64,000 nt of DNA from Mobula hypostoma (Eukaryota): contig NC_086108.1 of NCBI RefSeq assembly GCF_963921235.1, forward strand, positions 114,950,001 to 115,014,000. Reading direction: 5' to 3'. This document shows, in pieces, positions 1-15,000 of the stretch; the stretch's first letter is position 1; every line of letters starts with the position of its first letter. The notes beneath the pieces are model-generated. The model did no database searches. It had not been told where the DNA came from and saw nothing but the letters and a program-made list of their open reading frames with translations. A program made the position numbers and the translations under genes.

Positions 1-3000
1 ACAGTTAGTGAGAGTGACTCCAGGGCAGTGTTGTACACAGTTAGTGAGAGTGACTCCAGGGCAGTGATGTACACAGTTAGTGAGAGTGGCTCGAGGGCAG
101 TGTTGTACACAGTTAGTGAGAGTGACTCCAGGGCAGTGATGTACACAGTTAGTGAGAGTGACTCCAGGGCTGTGTTGTACACAGTTAGTGAGAGTGACTC
201 CAGGGCTGTGTTGTACACAGTTAGTGAGAGTGACTCCAGGGCAGTGTTGTACACAGTTAGTGAGAGTGACTCCAGGGCAGTGATGTACACAGTTAGTGAG
301 AGTGGCTCGAGGGCAGTGTTGTACACAGTTAGTGAGAGTGACTCCAGGGCAGTGATGTACACAGTTAGTGAGAGTGACTCCAGGGCAGTGATGTACACAG
401 TTAGTGAGAGTGACTCCAGGGCAGTGATGTACACAGTTAGTGAGAGTGACTCCAGGGCAGTGATGTACACAGTTAGTGAGAGTGACTCCAGGGCTGTGTT
501 GTACACAGTTAGTGAGAGTGACTCCAGGGCTGTGTTGTACACAGTTAGTGAGAGTGGCTCGAGGGCTGTGTTGTACACAGTTAGTGAGAGTGACTCCAGG
601 GCAGTGTTGTACACAGTTAGTGAGAGTGACTCCAGGGCTGTGTTGTACACAGTTAGTGAGAGTGGCTCGAGTGCTGTGTTGTACACAGTTAGTGAGAGTG
701 ACTCCAGGGCAGTGATGTACACAGTTAGTGAGAGTGACTCCAGGGCTGTGTTGTACACAGTTAGTGAGAGTGACTCCAGGGCTAGTGGTACACAGTTAGT
801 GAGAGTGGCTCGAGGGCAGTGTTGTACACAGTTAGTGAGAGTGACTCCAGGGCTGTGTTGTACACAGTTAGTGAGAGTGACTCTAAATCTGTGTTGTACA
901 CAGTTAGTGAGAGTGGCTCGAGGGCTGTGTTGTACACAGTTAGTGAGAGTGACTCCAGGGCTGTGTTGTACACAGTTAGTGAGAGTGACTCCAGGGCAGT
1001 GATGTACACAGTTAGTGAGAGTGACTCCAGGGCTGTGTTGTACACAGTTAGTGAGAGTGACTCCAGGGCAGTGTTGTACACAGTTAGTGAGAGTGGCTCG
1101 AGGGCTGTGTTGTACACAGTTAGTGAGAGTGACTCCAGGGCTGTGTTGTACACAGTTAGTGAGAGTGGCTCGAGGGCAGTGTTGTACACAGTTAGTGAGA
1201 GTGGCTCGAGGGCAGTGTTGTACACAGTTAGTGAGAGTGACTCCAGGGCAGTGTTGTACACAGTTAGTGAGAGTGACTCCAGGGCAGTGATGTACACAGT
1301 TAGTGAGAGTGACTCCAGGGCTGTGTTGTACACAGTTAGTGAGAGTGACTCCAGGGCAGTGTTGTACACAGTTAGTGAGAGTGACTCCAGGGCTGTGTTG
1401 TACACAGTTAGTGAGAGTGACTCCAGGGCAGTGATGTACACAGTTAGTGAGAGTGGCTCGAGGGCAGTGTTGTACACAGTTAGTGAGAGTGATTCCAGGG
1501 CAGTGATGTACACAGTTAGTGAGAGTGACTCCAGGGCAGTGATGTACACAGTTAGTGAGAGTGACTCCAGGGCTGTGTCGTACACAGTTAGTGAGAGTGA
1601 CTCCAGGGCTGTGTTGTACACAGTTAGTGAGAGTGACTCCAGGGCAGTGTTGTACACAGTTAGTGAGAGTGGCTCGAGGGCTGTGTTGTACACAGTTAGT
1701 GAGAGTGACTCCAGGGCAGTGTTGTACACAGTTAGTGAGAGTGACTCCAGGGCAGTGATGTACACAGTTAGTGAGAGTGACTCCAGGGCACTGATGTACA
1801 CAGTTAGTGAGAGTGACTCCAGGCAGTGTTGTACACAGTTAGTGAGAGTGACTCCAGGGCAGTGATGTACACAGTTAGTGAGAGTGACTCCAGGGCAGTG
1901 TTGTACACAGTTAGTGAGAGTGGCTCCAGGGCTGTGTTGTACACAGTTAGTGAGAGTGACTCCAGGGCAGTGATGTACACAGTTAGTGAGAGTGACTCCA
2001 GGGCTGTGTTGTACACAGTTAGTGAGAGTGACTCCAGGGCTGTGTTGTACACAGTTAGTGAGAGTGACTCCAGGGCATTGTTGTACACAGTTAGTGAGAG
2101 TGACTCCAGGGCTGTGTTGTACACAGTTAGTGAGAGTGACTCCAGGGCAGTGTTGTACACAGTTAGTGAGAGTGGCTCGAGGGCTGTGTTGTACACAGTT
2201 AGTGAGAGTGACTCCAGGGCTGTGTTGTACACAGTTAGTGAGAGTGGCTCGAGGGCAGTGTTGTACACAGTTAGTGAGAGTGGCTCGAGGGCAGTGTTGT
2301 ACACAGTTAGTGAGAGTGACTCCAGGGCAGTGTTGTACACAGTTAGTGAGAGTGACTCCAGGGCAGTGATGTACACAGTTAGTGAGAGTGACTCCAGGGC
2401 TGTGTTGTACACAGTTAGTGAGAGTGACTCCAGGGCAGTGTTGTACACAGTTAGTGAGAGTGACTCCAGGGCTGTGTTGTACACAGTTAGTGAGAGTGAC
2501 TCCAGGGCAGTGATGTACACAGTTAGTGAGAGTGGCTCGAGGGCAGTGTTGTACACAGTTAGTGAGAGTGACTCCAGGGCAGTGATGTACACAGTTAGTG
2601 AGAGTGACTCCAGGGCAGTGATGTACACAGTTAGTGAGAGTGACTCCAGGGCTGTGTTGTACACAGTTAGTGAGAGTGACTCCAGGGCTGTGTTGTACAC
2701 AGTTAGTGAGAGTGGCTCGAGGGCTGTGTTGTACACAGTTAGTGAGAGTGACTCCAGGGCAGTGTTGTACACAGTTAGTGAGAGTGACTCCAGGGCAGTG
2801 ATGTACACAGTTAGTGAGAGTGACTCCAGGGCACTGATGTACACAGTTAGTGAGAGTGACTCCAGGCAGTGTTGTACACAGTTAGTGAGAGTGACTCCAG
2901 GGCAGTGATGTACACAGTTAGTGAGAGTGACTCCAGGGCAGTGTTGTACACAGTTAGTGAGAGTGGCTCGAGGGCTGTGTTGTACACAGTTAGTGAGAGT

Positions 3001-6000
3001 GACTCCAGGGCAGTGATGTACACAGTTAGTGAGAGTGACTCCAGGGCTGTGTTGTACACAGTTAGTGAGAGTGACTCCAGGGCTGTGTTGTACACAGTTA
3101 GTGAGAGTGACTCCAGGGCAGTGTTGTACACAGTTAGTGAGAGTGACTCCAGGGCTGTGTTGTACACAGTTAGTGAGAGTGACTCCAGGGCAGTGTTGTA
3201 CACAGTTAGTGAGAGTGGCTCGAGGGCTGTGTTGTACACAGTTAGTGAGAGTGACTCCAGGGCTGTGTTGTACACAGTTAGTGAGAGTGGCTCGAGGGCA
3301 GTGTTGTACACAGTTAGTGAGAGTGGCTCGAGGGCAGGGTTGTACACAGTTCGTGAGAGTGACTCCAGGGCAGTGTTGTACACAGTTAGTGAGAGTGACT
3401 CCAGGGCAGTGATGTACACAGTTAGTGAGAGTGACTCCAGGGCTGTGTTGTACACAGTTAGTGAGAGTGACTCCAGGGCATTGTTGTACACAGTTAGTGA
3501 GAGTGACTCCAGGGCTGTGTTGTACAGAGTTAGTGAGAGTGACTCCAGGGCAGTGATGTACACAGTTAGTGAGAGTGGCTCGAGGGCAGTGTTGTACACA
3601 GTTAGTGAGAGTGACTCCAGGGCAGTGATGTACACAGTTAGTGAGAGTGACTCCAGGGCAGTGATGTACACAGTTAGTGAGAGTGACTCCAGGGCTGAGT
3701 CGTACACAGTTAGTGAGAGTGACTCCAAGGCTGTGTTGTACACAGTTAGTGAGAGTGACTCCAGGGCATTGTTGTACACAGTTAGTGAGAGTGACTCCAG
3801 GGCAGTGTTGTACACAGTTAGTGAGAGTGACTCCAGGGCATTGTTGTACACAGTTAGTGAGAGTGACTCCAGGGCAGAGTTGTACACAGTTAGTGAGAGT
3901 GGCTCGAGGGCTGTGTTGTACACAGTTAGTGAGAGTGACTCCAGGGCAGTGTTGTACACAGTTAGTGAGAGTGACTCCAGGGCAGTGATGTACACAGTTA
4001 GTGAGAGTGACTCCAGGGCTGTGTTGTACACAGTTAGTGAGAGTGACTCCAGGGCTGTGTTGTACAGAGTTAGTGAGAGTGACTCCAGGGCAGTGTTGTA
4101 CACAGTTAGTGAGAGTGACTCCAGGGCTGTGTTGTACACAGTTAGTGAGAGTGGCTCGAGGGCTGTGTTGTACACAGTTAGTGAGAGTGACTCCAGGGCT
4201 GTGTTGTACACAGTTAGTGAGAGTGGCTCGAGGGCTGTGTTGTACACAGTTAGTGAGAGTGACTCCAGGGCAGTGATGTACACAGTTAGTGAGAGTGACT
4301 CCAGGGCTGTGTTGTACACAGTTAGTGAGAGTGACTCCAGGGCTGTGTTGTACACAGTTAGTGAGAGTGGCTCGAGGGCAGTGTTGTACACAGTTAGTGA
4401 GAGTGACTCCAGGGCTGTGTTGTACACAGTTAGTGAGAGTGACTCCAGGGCAGTGTTGTACACAGTTAGTGAGAGTGGCTCGAGGGCTGTGTTGTACACA
4501 GTTAGTGAGAGTGACTCCAGGGCTGTGTTGTACACAGTTAGTGAGAGTGACTCCAGGGCAGTGTTGTACACAGTTAGTGAGAGTGACTCCAGGGCAGTGT
4601 TGTACACAGTTAGTGAGAGTGACTCCAGGGCAGTGTTGTACACAGTTAGTGAGAGTGGCTCGAGGGCTGTGTTGTACACAGTTAGTGAGAGTGACTCCAG
4701 GGCTGTGTTGTACACAGTTAGTGAGAGTGGCTCGAGGGCAGTGTTGTACACAGTTAGTGAGAGTGGCTCGAGGGCAGTGTTGTACACAGTTAGTGAGAGT
4801 GACTCCAGGGCAGTGTTGTACACAGTTAGTGAGAGTGACTCCAGGGCAGTGATGTACACAGTTAGTGAGAGTGACTCCAGGGCTGTGTTGTACACAGTTA
4901 GTGAGAGTGACTCCAGGGCAGTGTTGTACACAGTTAGTGAGAGTGACTCCAGGGCAGTGTTGTACACAGTTAGTGAGAGTGACTCCAGGGCAGTGATGTA
5001 CACAGTTAGTGAGAGTGACTCCAGGGCAGTGATGTACACAGTTAGTGAGAGTGACTCCAGGGCAGTGATGTACACAGTTAGTGAGAGTGACTCCAGGGCA
5101 GTGATGTACACAGTTAGTGAGAGTGACTCCAGGGCTGTGTTGTACACAGTTAGTGAGAGTGACTCCAGGGCTGTGTTGTACACAGTTAGTGAGAGTGGCT
5201 CGAGGGCTGTGTTGTACACAGTTAGTGAGAGTGACTCCAGGGCAGTGTTGTACACAGTTAGTGAGAGTGACTCCAGGGCTGTGTTGCACACAGTTAGTGA
5301 GAGTGACTCCAGGGCTGTGTTGTACACAGTTAGTGAGAGTGACTCCAGGGCTGTGTTGTACACAGTTAGTGAGAGTGACTCCAGGGCTGTGTTGTACACA
5401 GTTAGTGAGAGTGACTCCAGGGCTAGTGGTACACAGTTAGTGAGAGTGGCTCGAGGGCAGTGTTGTACACAGTTAGTGAGAGTGACTCCAGGGCTGTGTT
5501 GTACACAGTTAGTGAGAGTGACTCTAAATCTGTGTTGTACACAGTTAGTGAGAGTGGCTCGAGGGCTGTGTTGTACACAGTTAGTGAGAGTGACTCCAGG
5601 GCTGTGTTGTACACAGTTAGTGAGAGTGACTCCAGGGCAGTGATGTACACAGTTAGTGAGAGTGACTCCAGGGCAGTGATGTACACAGTTAGTGAGAGTG
5701 ACTCCAGGGCAGTGTTGTACACAGTTAGTGAGAGTGGCTCGAGGGCTGTGTTGTACACAGTTAGTGAGAGTGACTCCAGGGCTGTGTTGTACACAGTTAG
5801 TGAGAGTGGCTCGAGGGCAGTGTTGTACACAGTTAGTGAGAGTGACTCCAGGGCAGTGTTGTACACAGTTAGTGAGAGTGACTCCAGGGCAGTGATGTAC
5901 ACAGTTAGTGAGAGTGGCTCGAGGGCAGTGTTGTACACAGTTAGTGAGAGTGACTCCAGGGCAGTGATGTACACAGTTAGTGAGAGTGACTCCAGGGCAG

Positions 6001-9000
6001 TGATGTACACAGTTAGTGAGAGTGACTCCAGGGCTGTGTTGTACACAGTTAGTGAGAGTGACTCCAGGGCTGTGTCGTACACAGTTAGTGAGAGTGACTC
6101 CAGGGCATTGTTGTATACAGTTAGTGAGAGTGACTCCAGGGCAGTGTTGTACACAGTTAGTGAGAGTGACTCCAGGGCATTGTTGTACACAGTTAGTGAG
6201 AGTGACTCCAGGGCAGTGTTGTACACAGTTAGTGAGAGTGGCTCGAGGGCTGTGTTGTACACAGTTAGTGAGAGTGACTCCAGGGCAGTGTTGTACACAG
6301 TTAGTGAGAGTGACTCCAGGGCAGTGATGTACACAGTTAGTGAGAGTGACTCCAGGGCTGTGTTGTACACAGTTAGTGAGAGTGACTCCAGGGCTGTGTT
6401 GTACACAGTTAGTGAGAGTGACTCCAGGGCAGTGTTGTACACAGTTAGTGAGAGTGACTCCAGGGCTGTGTTGTACACAGTTAGTGAGAGTGGCTCGAGG
6501 GCTGTGTTGTACACAGTTAGTGAGAGTGACTCCAGGGCTGTGTTGTACACAGTTAGTGAGAGTGGCTCGAGGGCTGTGTTGTACACAGTTAGTGAGAGTG
6601 ACTCCAGGGCAGTGATGTACACAGTTAGTGAGAGTGACTCCAGGGCTGTGTTGTACACAGTTAGTGAGAGTGACTCCAGGGCTGTGTTGTACACAGTTAG
6701 TGAGAGTGGCTCGAGGGCAGTGTTGTACACAGTTAGTGAGAGTGACTCCAGGGCTGTGTTGTACACAGTTAGTGAGAGTGACTCTAAATCTGTGTTGTAC
6801 ACAGTTAGTGAGAGTGGCTCGAGGGCTGTGTTGTACACAGTTAGTGAGAGTGACTCCAGGGCTGTGTTGTACACAGTTAGTGAGAGTGGCTCCAGGGCAG
6901 TGTTGTACACAGTTAGTGAGAGTGACTCCAGGGCTGTGTTGTACACAGTTAGTGAGAGTGACTCCAGGGCAGTGTTGTACACAGTTAGTGAGAGTGACTC
7001 CAGGGCTGTGTTGTACACAGTTAGTGAGAGTGACTCCAGGGCTGTGTTGTACACAGTTAGTGAGAGTGACTCCAGGGCAGTGTTGTACACAGTTAGTGAG
7101 AGTGGCTCGAGGGCAGTGTTGTACACAGTTAGTGAGAGTGACTCCAGGGCAGTGTTGTACACAGTTAGTGAGAGTGACTCCAGGGCAGTGATGTACACAG
7201 TTAGTGAGAGTGACTCCAGGGCTGTGTTGTACACAGTTAGTGAGAGTGACTCCAGGGCAGTGTTGTACACAGTTAGTGAGAGTGACTCCAGGGCTGTGTT
7301 GTACACAGTTAGTGAGAGTGACTCCAGGGCAGTGATGTACACAGTTAGTGAGAGTGACTCCAGGGCAGTGATGTACACAGTTAGTGAGAGTGACTCCAGG
7401 GCAGTGATGTACACAGTTAGTGAGAGTGACTCCAGGGCAGTGATGTACACAGTTAGTGAGAGTGACTCCAGGGCTGTGTTGTACACAGTTAGTGAGAGTG
7501 ACTCCAGGGCTGTGTTGTACACAGTTAGTGAGAGTGGCTCGAGGGCTGTGTTGTACACAGTTAGTGAGAGTGACTCCAGGGCAGTGTTGTACACAGTTAG
7601 TGAGAGTGACTCCAGGGCTGTGTTGTACACAGTTAGTGAGAGTGACTCCAGGGCTGTGTTGTACACAGTTAGTGAGAGTGACTCCAGGGCAGTGTTGTAC
7701 ACAGTTAGTGAGAGTGACTCCAGGGCTGTGTTGTACACAGTTAGTGAGAGTGACTCCAGGGCTAGTGGTATACAGTTAGTGAGAGTGGCTCGAGGGCAGT
7801 GTTGTACACAGTTAGTGAGAGTGACTCCAGGGCTGTGTTGTACACAGTTAGTGAGAGTGACTCCAGGGCTGTGTTGTACACAGTTAGTGAGAGTGGCTCG
7901 AGGGCTGTGTTGTACACAGTTAGTGAGAGTGACTCCAGGGCTGTGTTGTACACAGTTAGTGAGAGTGACTCCAGGGCAGTGTTGTACACAGTTAGTGAGA
8001 GTGACTCCAGGGCAGTGTTGTACACAGTTAGTGAGAGTGACTCCAGGGCAGTGTTGTACACAGTTAGTGAGAGTGACTCCAGGGCTGTGTTGTACACAGT
8101 TAGTGAGAGTGACTCCAGGGCTGTGTTGTACACAGTTAGTGAGAGTGGCTCGAGGGCAGTGTTGTACACAGTTAGTGAGAGTGGCTCGAGGGCAGTGTTG
8201 TACACAGTTAGTGAGAGTGACTCCAGGGCAGTGTTGTACACAGTTAGTGAGAGTGACTCCAGGGCAGTGATGTACACAGTTAGTGAGAGTGACTCCAGGG
8301 CTGTGTTGTACACAGTTAGTGAGAGTGACTCCAGGGCATTGTTGTACACAGTTAGTGAGAGTGACTCCAGGGCTGTGTTGTACACAGTTAGTGAGAGTGA
8401 CTCCAGGGCAGTGATGTACACAGTTAGTGAGAGTGGCTCGAGGGCAGTGTTGTACACAGTTAGTGAGAGTGACTCCAGGGCAGTGATGTACACAGTTAGT
8501 GAGAGTGACTCCAGGGCAGTGATGTACACAGTTAGTGAGAGTGACTCCAGGGCTGTGTTGTACACAGTTAGTGAGAGTGACTCCAGGGCTGTGTTGTACA
8601 CAGTTAGTGAGAGTGACTCCAGGGCTGTGTTGTACACAGTTAGTGAGAGTGACTCCAGGGCTGTGTTGTACACAGTTAGTGAGAGTGACTCCAGGGCAGT
8701 GTTGTACACAGTTAGTGAGAGTGACTCCAGGGCAGTGATGTACACAGTTAGTGAGAGTGACTCCAGGGCGGTGATGTACACAGTTAGTGAGAGTGACTCC
8801 AGGGCAGTGTTGTACACAGTTAGTGAGAGTGACTCCAGGGCAGTGATGTACACAGTTAGTGAGAGTGACTCCAGGGCAGTGTTGTACACAGTTAGTGTGA
8901 GTGGCTCGAGGGCAGTGTTGTACACAGTTAGTGAGAGTGACTCCAGGGCAGTGATGTACACAGTTAGTGAGAGTGACTCCAGGGCTGTGTTGTACACAGT

Positions 9001-12000
9001 TAGTGAGAGTGACTCCAGGGCTGTGTTGTACACAGTTAGTGAGAGTGACTCCAGGGCAGTGTTGTACACAGTTAGTGAGAGTGACTCCAGGGCTGTGTTG
9101 TACACAGTTAGTGAGAGTGACTCCAGGGCAGTGTTGTACACAGTTAGTGAGAGTGGCTCGAGGGCTGTGTTGTACACAGTTAGTGAGAGTGACTCCAGGG
9201 CTGTGTTGTACACAGTTAGTGAGAGTGGCTCGAGGGCAGTGTTGTACACAGTTAGTGAGAGTGGCTCGAGGGCAGTGTTGTACACAGTTAGTGAGAGTGA
9301 CTCCAGGGCAGTGTTGTACACAGTTAGTGAGAGTGACTCCAGGGCAGTGATGTACACAGTTAGTGAGAGTGACTCCAGGGCTGTGTTGTACACAGTTAGT
9401 GAGAGTGACTCCAGGGCATTGTTGTACACAGTTAGTGAGAGTGACTCCAGGGCTGTGTTGTACACAGTTAGTGAGAGTGACTCCAGGGCAGTGTTGTACA
9501 CAGTTAGTGAGAGTGGCTCGAGGGCAGTGTTGTACACAGTTAGTGAGAGTGACTCCAGGGCAGTGATGTACACAGTTAGTGAGAGTGACTCCAGGGCAGT
9601 GATGTACACAGTTAGTGAGAGTGACTCCAGGGCTGTGTTGTACACAGTTAGTGAGAGTGACTCCAGGGCTGTGTTGTACACAGTTAGTGAGAGTGACTCC
9701 AGGGCATTGTTGTACACAGTTAGTGAGAGTGACTCCAGGGCAGTGTTGTACACAGTTAGTGAGAGTGACTCCAGGGCATTGTTGTACACAGTTAGTGAGA
9801 GTGACTCCAGGGCAGTGTTGTACACAGTTAGTGAGAGTGACTCCAGGGCAGTGATGTACACAGTTAGTGAGAGTGACTCCAGGGCAGTGTTGTACACAGT
9901 TAGTGAGAGTGACTCCAGGGCAGTGATGTACACAGTTAGTGAGAGTGACTCCAGGGCTGTGTTGTACACAGTTAGTGAGAGTGACTCCAGGGCTGTGTTG
10001 TACACAGTTAGTGAGAGTGACTCCAGGGCAGTGTTGTACACAGTTAGTGAGAGTGACTCCAGGGCTGTGTTGTACACAGTTAGTGAGAGTGGCTCGAGGG
10101 CTGTGTTGTACACAGTTAGTGAGAGTGACTCCAGGGCTGTGTTGTACACAGTTAGTGAGAGTGACTCCAGGGCAGTGTTGTACACAGTTAGTGAGAGTGA
10201 CTCCAGGGCAGTGTTGTACACAGTTAGTGAGAGTGACTCCAGGGCTGTGTTGTACACAGTTAGTGAGAGTGACTCCAGGGCTAGTGGTATACAGTTAGTG
10301 AGAGTGGCTCGAGGGCAGTGTTGTACACAGTTAGTGAGAGTGACTCCAGGGCTGTGTTGTACACAGTTAGTGAGAGTGACTCTAAATCTGTGTTGTACAC
10401 AGTTAGTGAGAGTGGCTCGAGGGCTGTGTTGTACACAGTTAGTGAGAGTGACTCCAGGGCTGTGTTGTACACAGTTAGTGAGAGTGACTCCAGGGCAGTG
10501 ATGTACACAGTTAGTGAGAGTGACTCCAGGGCAGTGTTGTACACAGTTAGTGAGAGTGACTCCAGGGCAGTGTTGTACACAGTTAGTGAGAGTGGCTCCG
10601 AGGGCTGTGTTGTACACAGTTAGTGAGAGTGACTCCAGGGCTGTGTTGTACACAGTTAGTGAGAGTGGCTCGAGGGCAGTGTTGTACACAGTTAGTGAGA
10701 GTGGCTCGAGGGCAGTGTTGTACACAGTTAGTGAGAGTGACTCCAGGGCAGTGTTGTACACAGTTAGTGAGAGTGACTCCAGGGCAGTGATGTACACAGT
10801 TAGTGAGAGTGACTCCAGGGCTGTGTTGTACACAGTTAGTGAGAGTGACTCCAGGGCATTGTTGTACACAGTTAGTGAGAGTGACTCCAGGGCTGTGTTG
10901 TACACAGTTAGTGAGAGTGACTCCAGGGCAGTGTTGTACACAGTTAGTGAGAGTGGCTCGAGGGCAGTGTTGTACACAGTTAGTGAGAGTGACTCCAGGG
11001 CAGTGATGTACACAGTTAGTGAGAGTGACTCCAGGGCAGTGATGTACACAGTTAGTGAGAGTGACTCCAGGGCAGTGTTGTACACAGTTAGTGAGAGTGA
11101 CTCCAGGGCTGTGTTGTACACAGTTAGTGAGAGTGACTCCAGGGCAGTGATGTACACAGTTAGTGAGAGTGACTCCAGGGCTGTGTTGTACACAGTTAGT
11201 GAGAGTGACTCCAGGGCATTGTTGTACACAGTTAGTGAGAGTGACTCCAGGGCTGTGTTGTACACAGTTAGTGAGAGTGACTCCAGGGCAGTGATGTACA
11301 CAGTTAGTGAGAGTGGCTCGAGGGCAGTGTTGTACACAGTTAGTGAGAGTGACTCCAGGGCAGTGATGTACACAGTTAGTGAGAGTGACTCCAGGGCAGT
11401 GATGTACACAGTTAGTGAGAGTGACTCCAGGGCTGTGTTGTACACAGTTAGTGAGAGTGACTCCAGGGCTGTGTTGTACACAGTTAGTGAGAGTGACTCC
11501 AGGGCAGTGTTGTACACAGTTAGTGAGAGTGACTCCAGGGCAGTGTTGTACACAGTTAGTGAGAGTGACTCCAGGGCATTGTTGTACACAGTTAGTGAGA
11601 GTGACTCCAGGGCAGTGTTGTACACAGTTAGTGAGAGTGACTCCAGGGCTGTGTTGTACACAGTTAGTGAGAGTGACTCCAGGGCTGTGTTGTACACAGT
11701 TAGTGAGAGTGACTCCAGGGCTGTGTTGTACACAGTTAGTGAGAGTGACTCCAGGGCAGTGATGTACACAGTTAGTGAGAGTGACTCCAGGGCAGTGATG
11801 TACACAGTTAGTGAGAGTGACTCCAGGGCAGTGATGTACACAGTTAGTGAGAGTGACTCCAGGGCTGTGTTGTACACAGTTAGTGAGAGTGACTCCAGGG
11901 CTGTGTTGTACACAGTTAGTGAGAGTGGCTCGAGGGCTGTGTTGTACACAGTTAGTGAGAGTGACTCCAGGGCAGTGTTGTACACAGTTAGTGAGAGTGA

Positions 12001-15000
12001 CTCCAGGGCTGTGTTGTACACAGTTAGTGAGAGTGGCTCGAGGGCTGTGTTGTACACAGTTAGTGAGAGTGACTCCAGGGCAGTGATGTACACAGTTAGT
12101 GAGAGTGACTCCATGGCTGTGTTGTACACAGTTAGTGAGAGTGACTCCAGGGCTAGTGGTACACAGTTAGTGAGAGTGGCTCGAGGGCAGTGTTGTACAC
12201 AGTTAGTGAGAGTGACTCCAGGGCTGTGTTGTACACAGTTAGTGAGAGTGACTCTAGGGCTGTGTTGTACACAGTTAGTGAGAGTGGCTCGAGGGCTGTG
12301 TTGTACACAGTTAGTGAGAGTGACTCCAGGGCTGTGTTGTACACAGTTAGTGAGAGTGACTCCAGGGCAGTGTTGTACACAGTTAGTGAGAGTGACTCCA
12401 GGGCAGTGTTGTACACAGTTAGTGAGAGTGACTCCAGGGCAGTGTTGTACACAGTTAGTGAGAGTGGCTCGAGGGCTGTGTTGTACACAGTTAGTGAGAG
12501 AGACTCCAGGGCTGTGTTGCAGACAGTTAGTGAGAGTGGCTCGAGGGCAGTGTTGTATACAGTTAGTGAGAGTGGCTCGAGGGCAGTGTTGTACACAGTT
12601 AGTGAGAGTGACTCCAGGGCAGTGTTGTACACAGTTAGTGAGAGTGACTCCAGGGCAGTGTTGTACACAGTTAGTGAGAGTGACTCCAGGGCTGTGTTGT
12701 ACACAGTTAGTGAGAGTGACTCCAGGGCATTGTTGTACACAGTTAGTGAGAGTGATTCCAGGGCTGTGTTGTACACAATTAGTGAGAGTGACTCCAGGGC
12801 AGTGATGTACACAGTTAGTGAGAGTGGCTCGAGGGCAGTGTTGTACACAGTTAGTGAGAGTGACTCCAGGGCAGTGATGTACACAGTTAGTGAGAGTGAC
12901 TCCAGGGCAGTGATGTACACAGTTAGTGAGAGTGACTCCAGGGCTGTGTCGTACACAGTTAGTGAGAGTGACTCCAGGGCTGTGTCGTACACAGTTAGTG
13001 AGAGTGACTCCAGGGCATTGTTGTATACAGTTAGTGAGAGTGACTCCAGGGCAGTGTTGTACACAGTTAGTGAGAGTGACTCCAGGGCATTGTTGTACAC
13101 AGTTAGTGAGAGTGACTCCAGGGCAGTGTTGTACACAGTTAGTGAGAGTGGCTCGAGGGCTGTGTTGTACACAGTTAGTGAGAGTGACTCCAGGGCAGTG
13201 TTGTACACAGTTAGTGAGAGTGACTCCAGGGCAGTGATGTACACAGTTAGTGAGAGTGACTCCAGGGCAGTGATGTACACAGTTAGTGAGAGTGACTCCA
13301 GGCAGTGTTGTACACAGTTAGTGAGAGTGACTCCAGGGCTGTGTTGTGCACAGTTAGTGAGAGTGACTCCAGGGCAGTGTTGTACACAGTTAGTGAGAGT
13401 GACTCCAGGGCAGTGTTGTACACAGTTAGTGAGAGTGACTCCAGGGCAGTGTTGTACACAGTTAGTGAGAGTGACTCCAGGGCAGTGTTGTACACAGTTA
13501 GTGAGAGTGGCTCGAGGGCTGTGTTGTACACAGTTAGTGAGAGTGACTCCAGGGCTGTGTTGTACACAGTTAGTGAGAGTGACTCGAGGGCAGTGTTGTA
13601 CACAGTTAGTGAGAGTGGCTCGAGGGCAGTGTTGTACACAGTTAGTGAGAGTGACTCCAGGGCTGTGTTGTACACAGTTAGTGAGAGTGGCTCGAGGGTT
13701 GTGTTGTACACAGTTAGTGAGAGTGACTCCAGGGCTGTGTTGTACACAGTTAGTGAGAGTGGCTCGAGGGCAGTGTTGTACACAGTTAGTGAGAGTGGCT
13801 CGAGGGCAGTGTTGTACACAGTTAGTGAGAGTGACTCCAGGGCAGTGTTGTACACAGTTAGTGAGAGTGACTCCAGGGCAGTGATGTACACAGTTAGTGA
13901 GAGTGACTCCAGGGCTGTGTTGTACACAGTTAGTGAGAGTGACTCCAGGGCATTGTTGTACACAGTTAGTGAGAGTGACTCCAGGGCTGTGTTGTACACA
14001 GTTAGTGAGAGTGACTCCAGGGCAGTGATGTACACAGTTAGTGAGAGTGACTGGCTCGAGGGCAGTGTTGTACACAGTTAGTGAGAGTGACTCCAGGGCT
14101 GTGTTGTACACAGTTAGTGAGAGTGACTCCAGGGCAGTGTTGTACACAGTTAGTGAGAGTGACTCCAGGGCAGTGTTGTACACAGTTAGTGAGAGTGGCT
14201 CGAGGGCTGTGTTGTACACAGTTAGTGAGAGTGACTCCAGGGCAGTGTTGTACACAGTTAGTGAGAGTGACTCCAGGGCAGTGTTGTACACAGTTAGTGA
14301 GAGTGGCTCGAGGGCTGTGTTGTACACAGTTAGTGAGAGTGACTCCAGGGCAGTGATGTACACAGTTAGTGAGAGTGACTCCAGGGCAGTGATGTACACA
14401 GTTAGTGAGAGTGACTCCAGGGCTGTGTTGTACACAGTTAGTGAGAGTGACTCCAGGGCAGTGTTGTACACAGTTAGTGAGAGTGACTCCAGGGCAGTGT
14501 TGTACACAGTTAGTGAGAGTGACTCCAGGGCAGTGATGTACACAGTTAGTGAGAGTGACTCCAGGCAGTGATGTACACAGTTAGTGAGAGTGACTCCAGG
14601 GCAGTGTTGTACACAGTTAGTGAGAGTGACTCCAGGGCAGTGATGTACACAGTTAGTGAGAGTGACTCCAGGGCAGTGTTGTACACAGTTAGTGAGAGTG
14701 ACTCCAGGGCAGTGATGTACACAGTTAGTGAGAGTGACTCCAGGGCAGTGATGTACACAGTTAGTGAGAGTGACTCCAGGGCAGTGATGTACACAGTTAG
14801 TGAGAGTGACTCCAGGGCTGTGTTGTACACAGTTAGTGAGAGTGACTCCAGGGCTGTGTTGTACACAGTTAGTGAGAGTGGCTCGAGGGCTGTGTTGTAC
14901 ACAGTTAGTGAGAGTGACTCCAGGGCAGTGTTGTACACAGTTAGTGAGAGTGACTCCAGGGCTGTGTTGTACACAGTTAGTGAGAGTGGCTCGAGTGCTG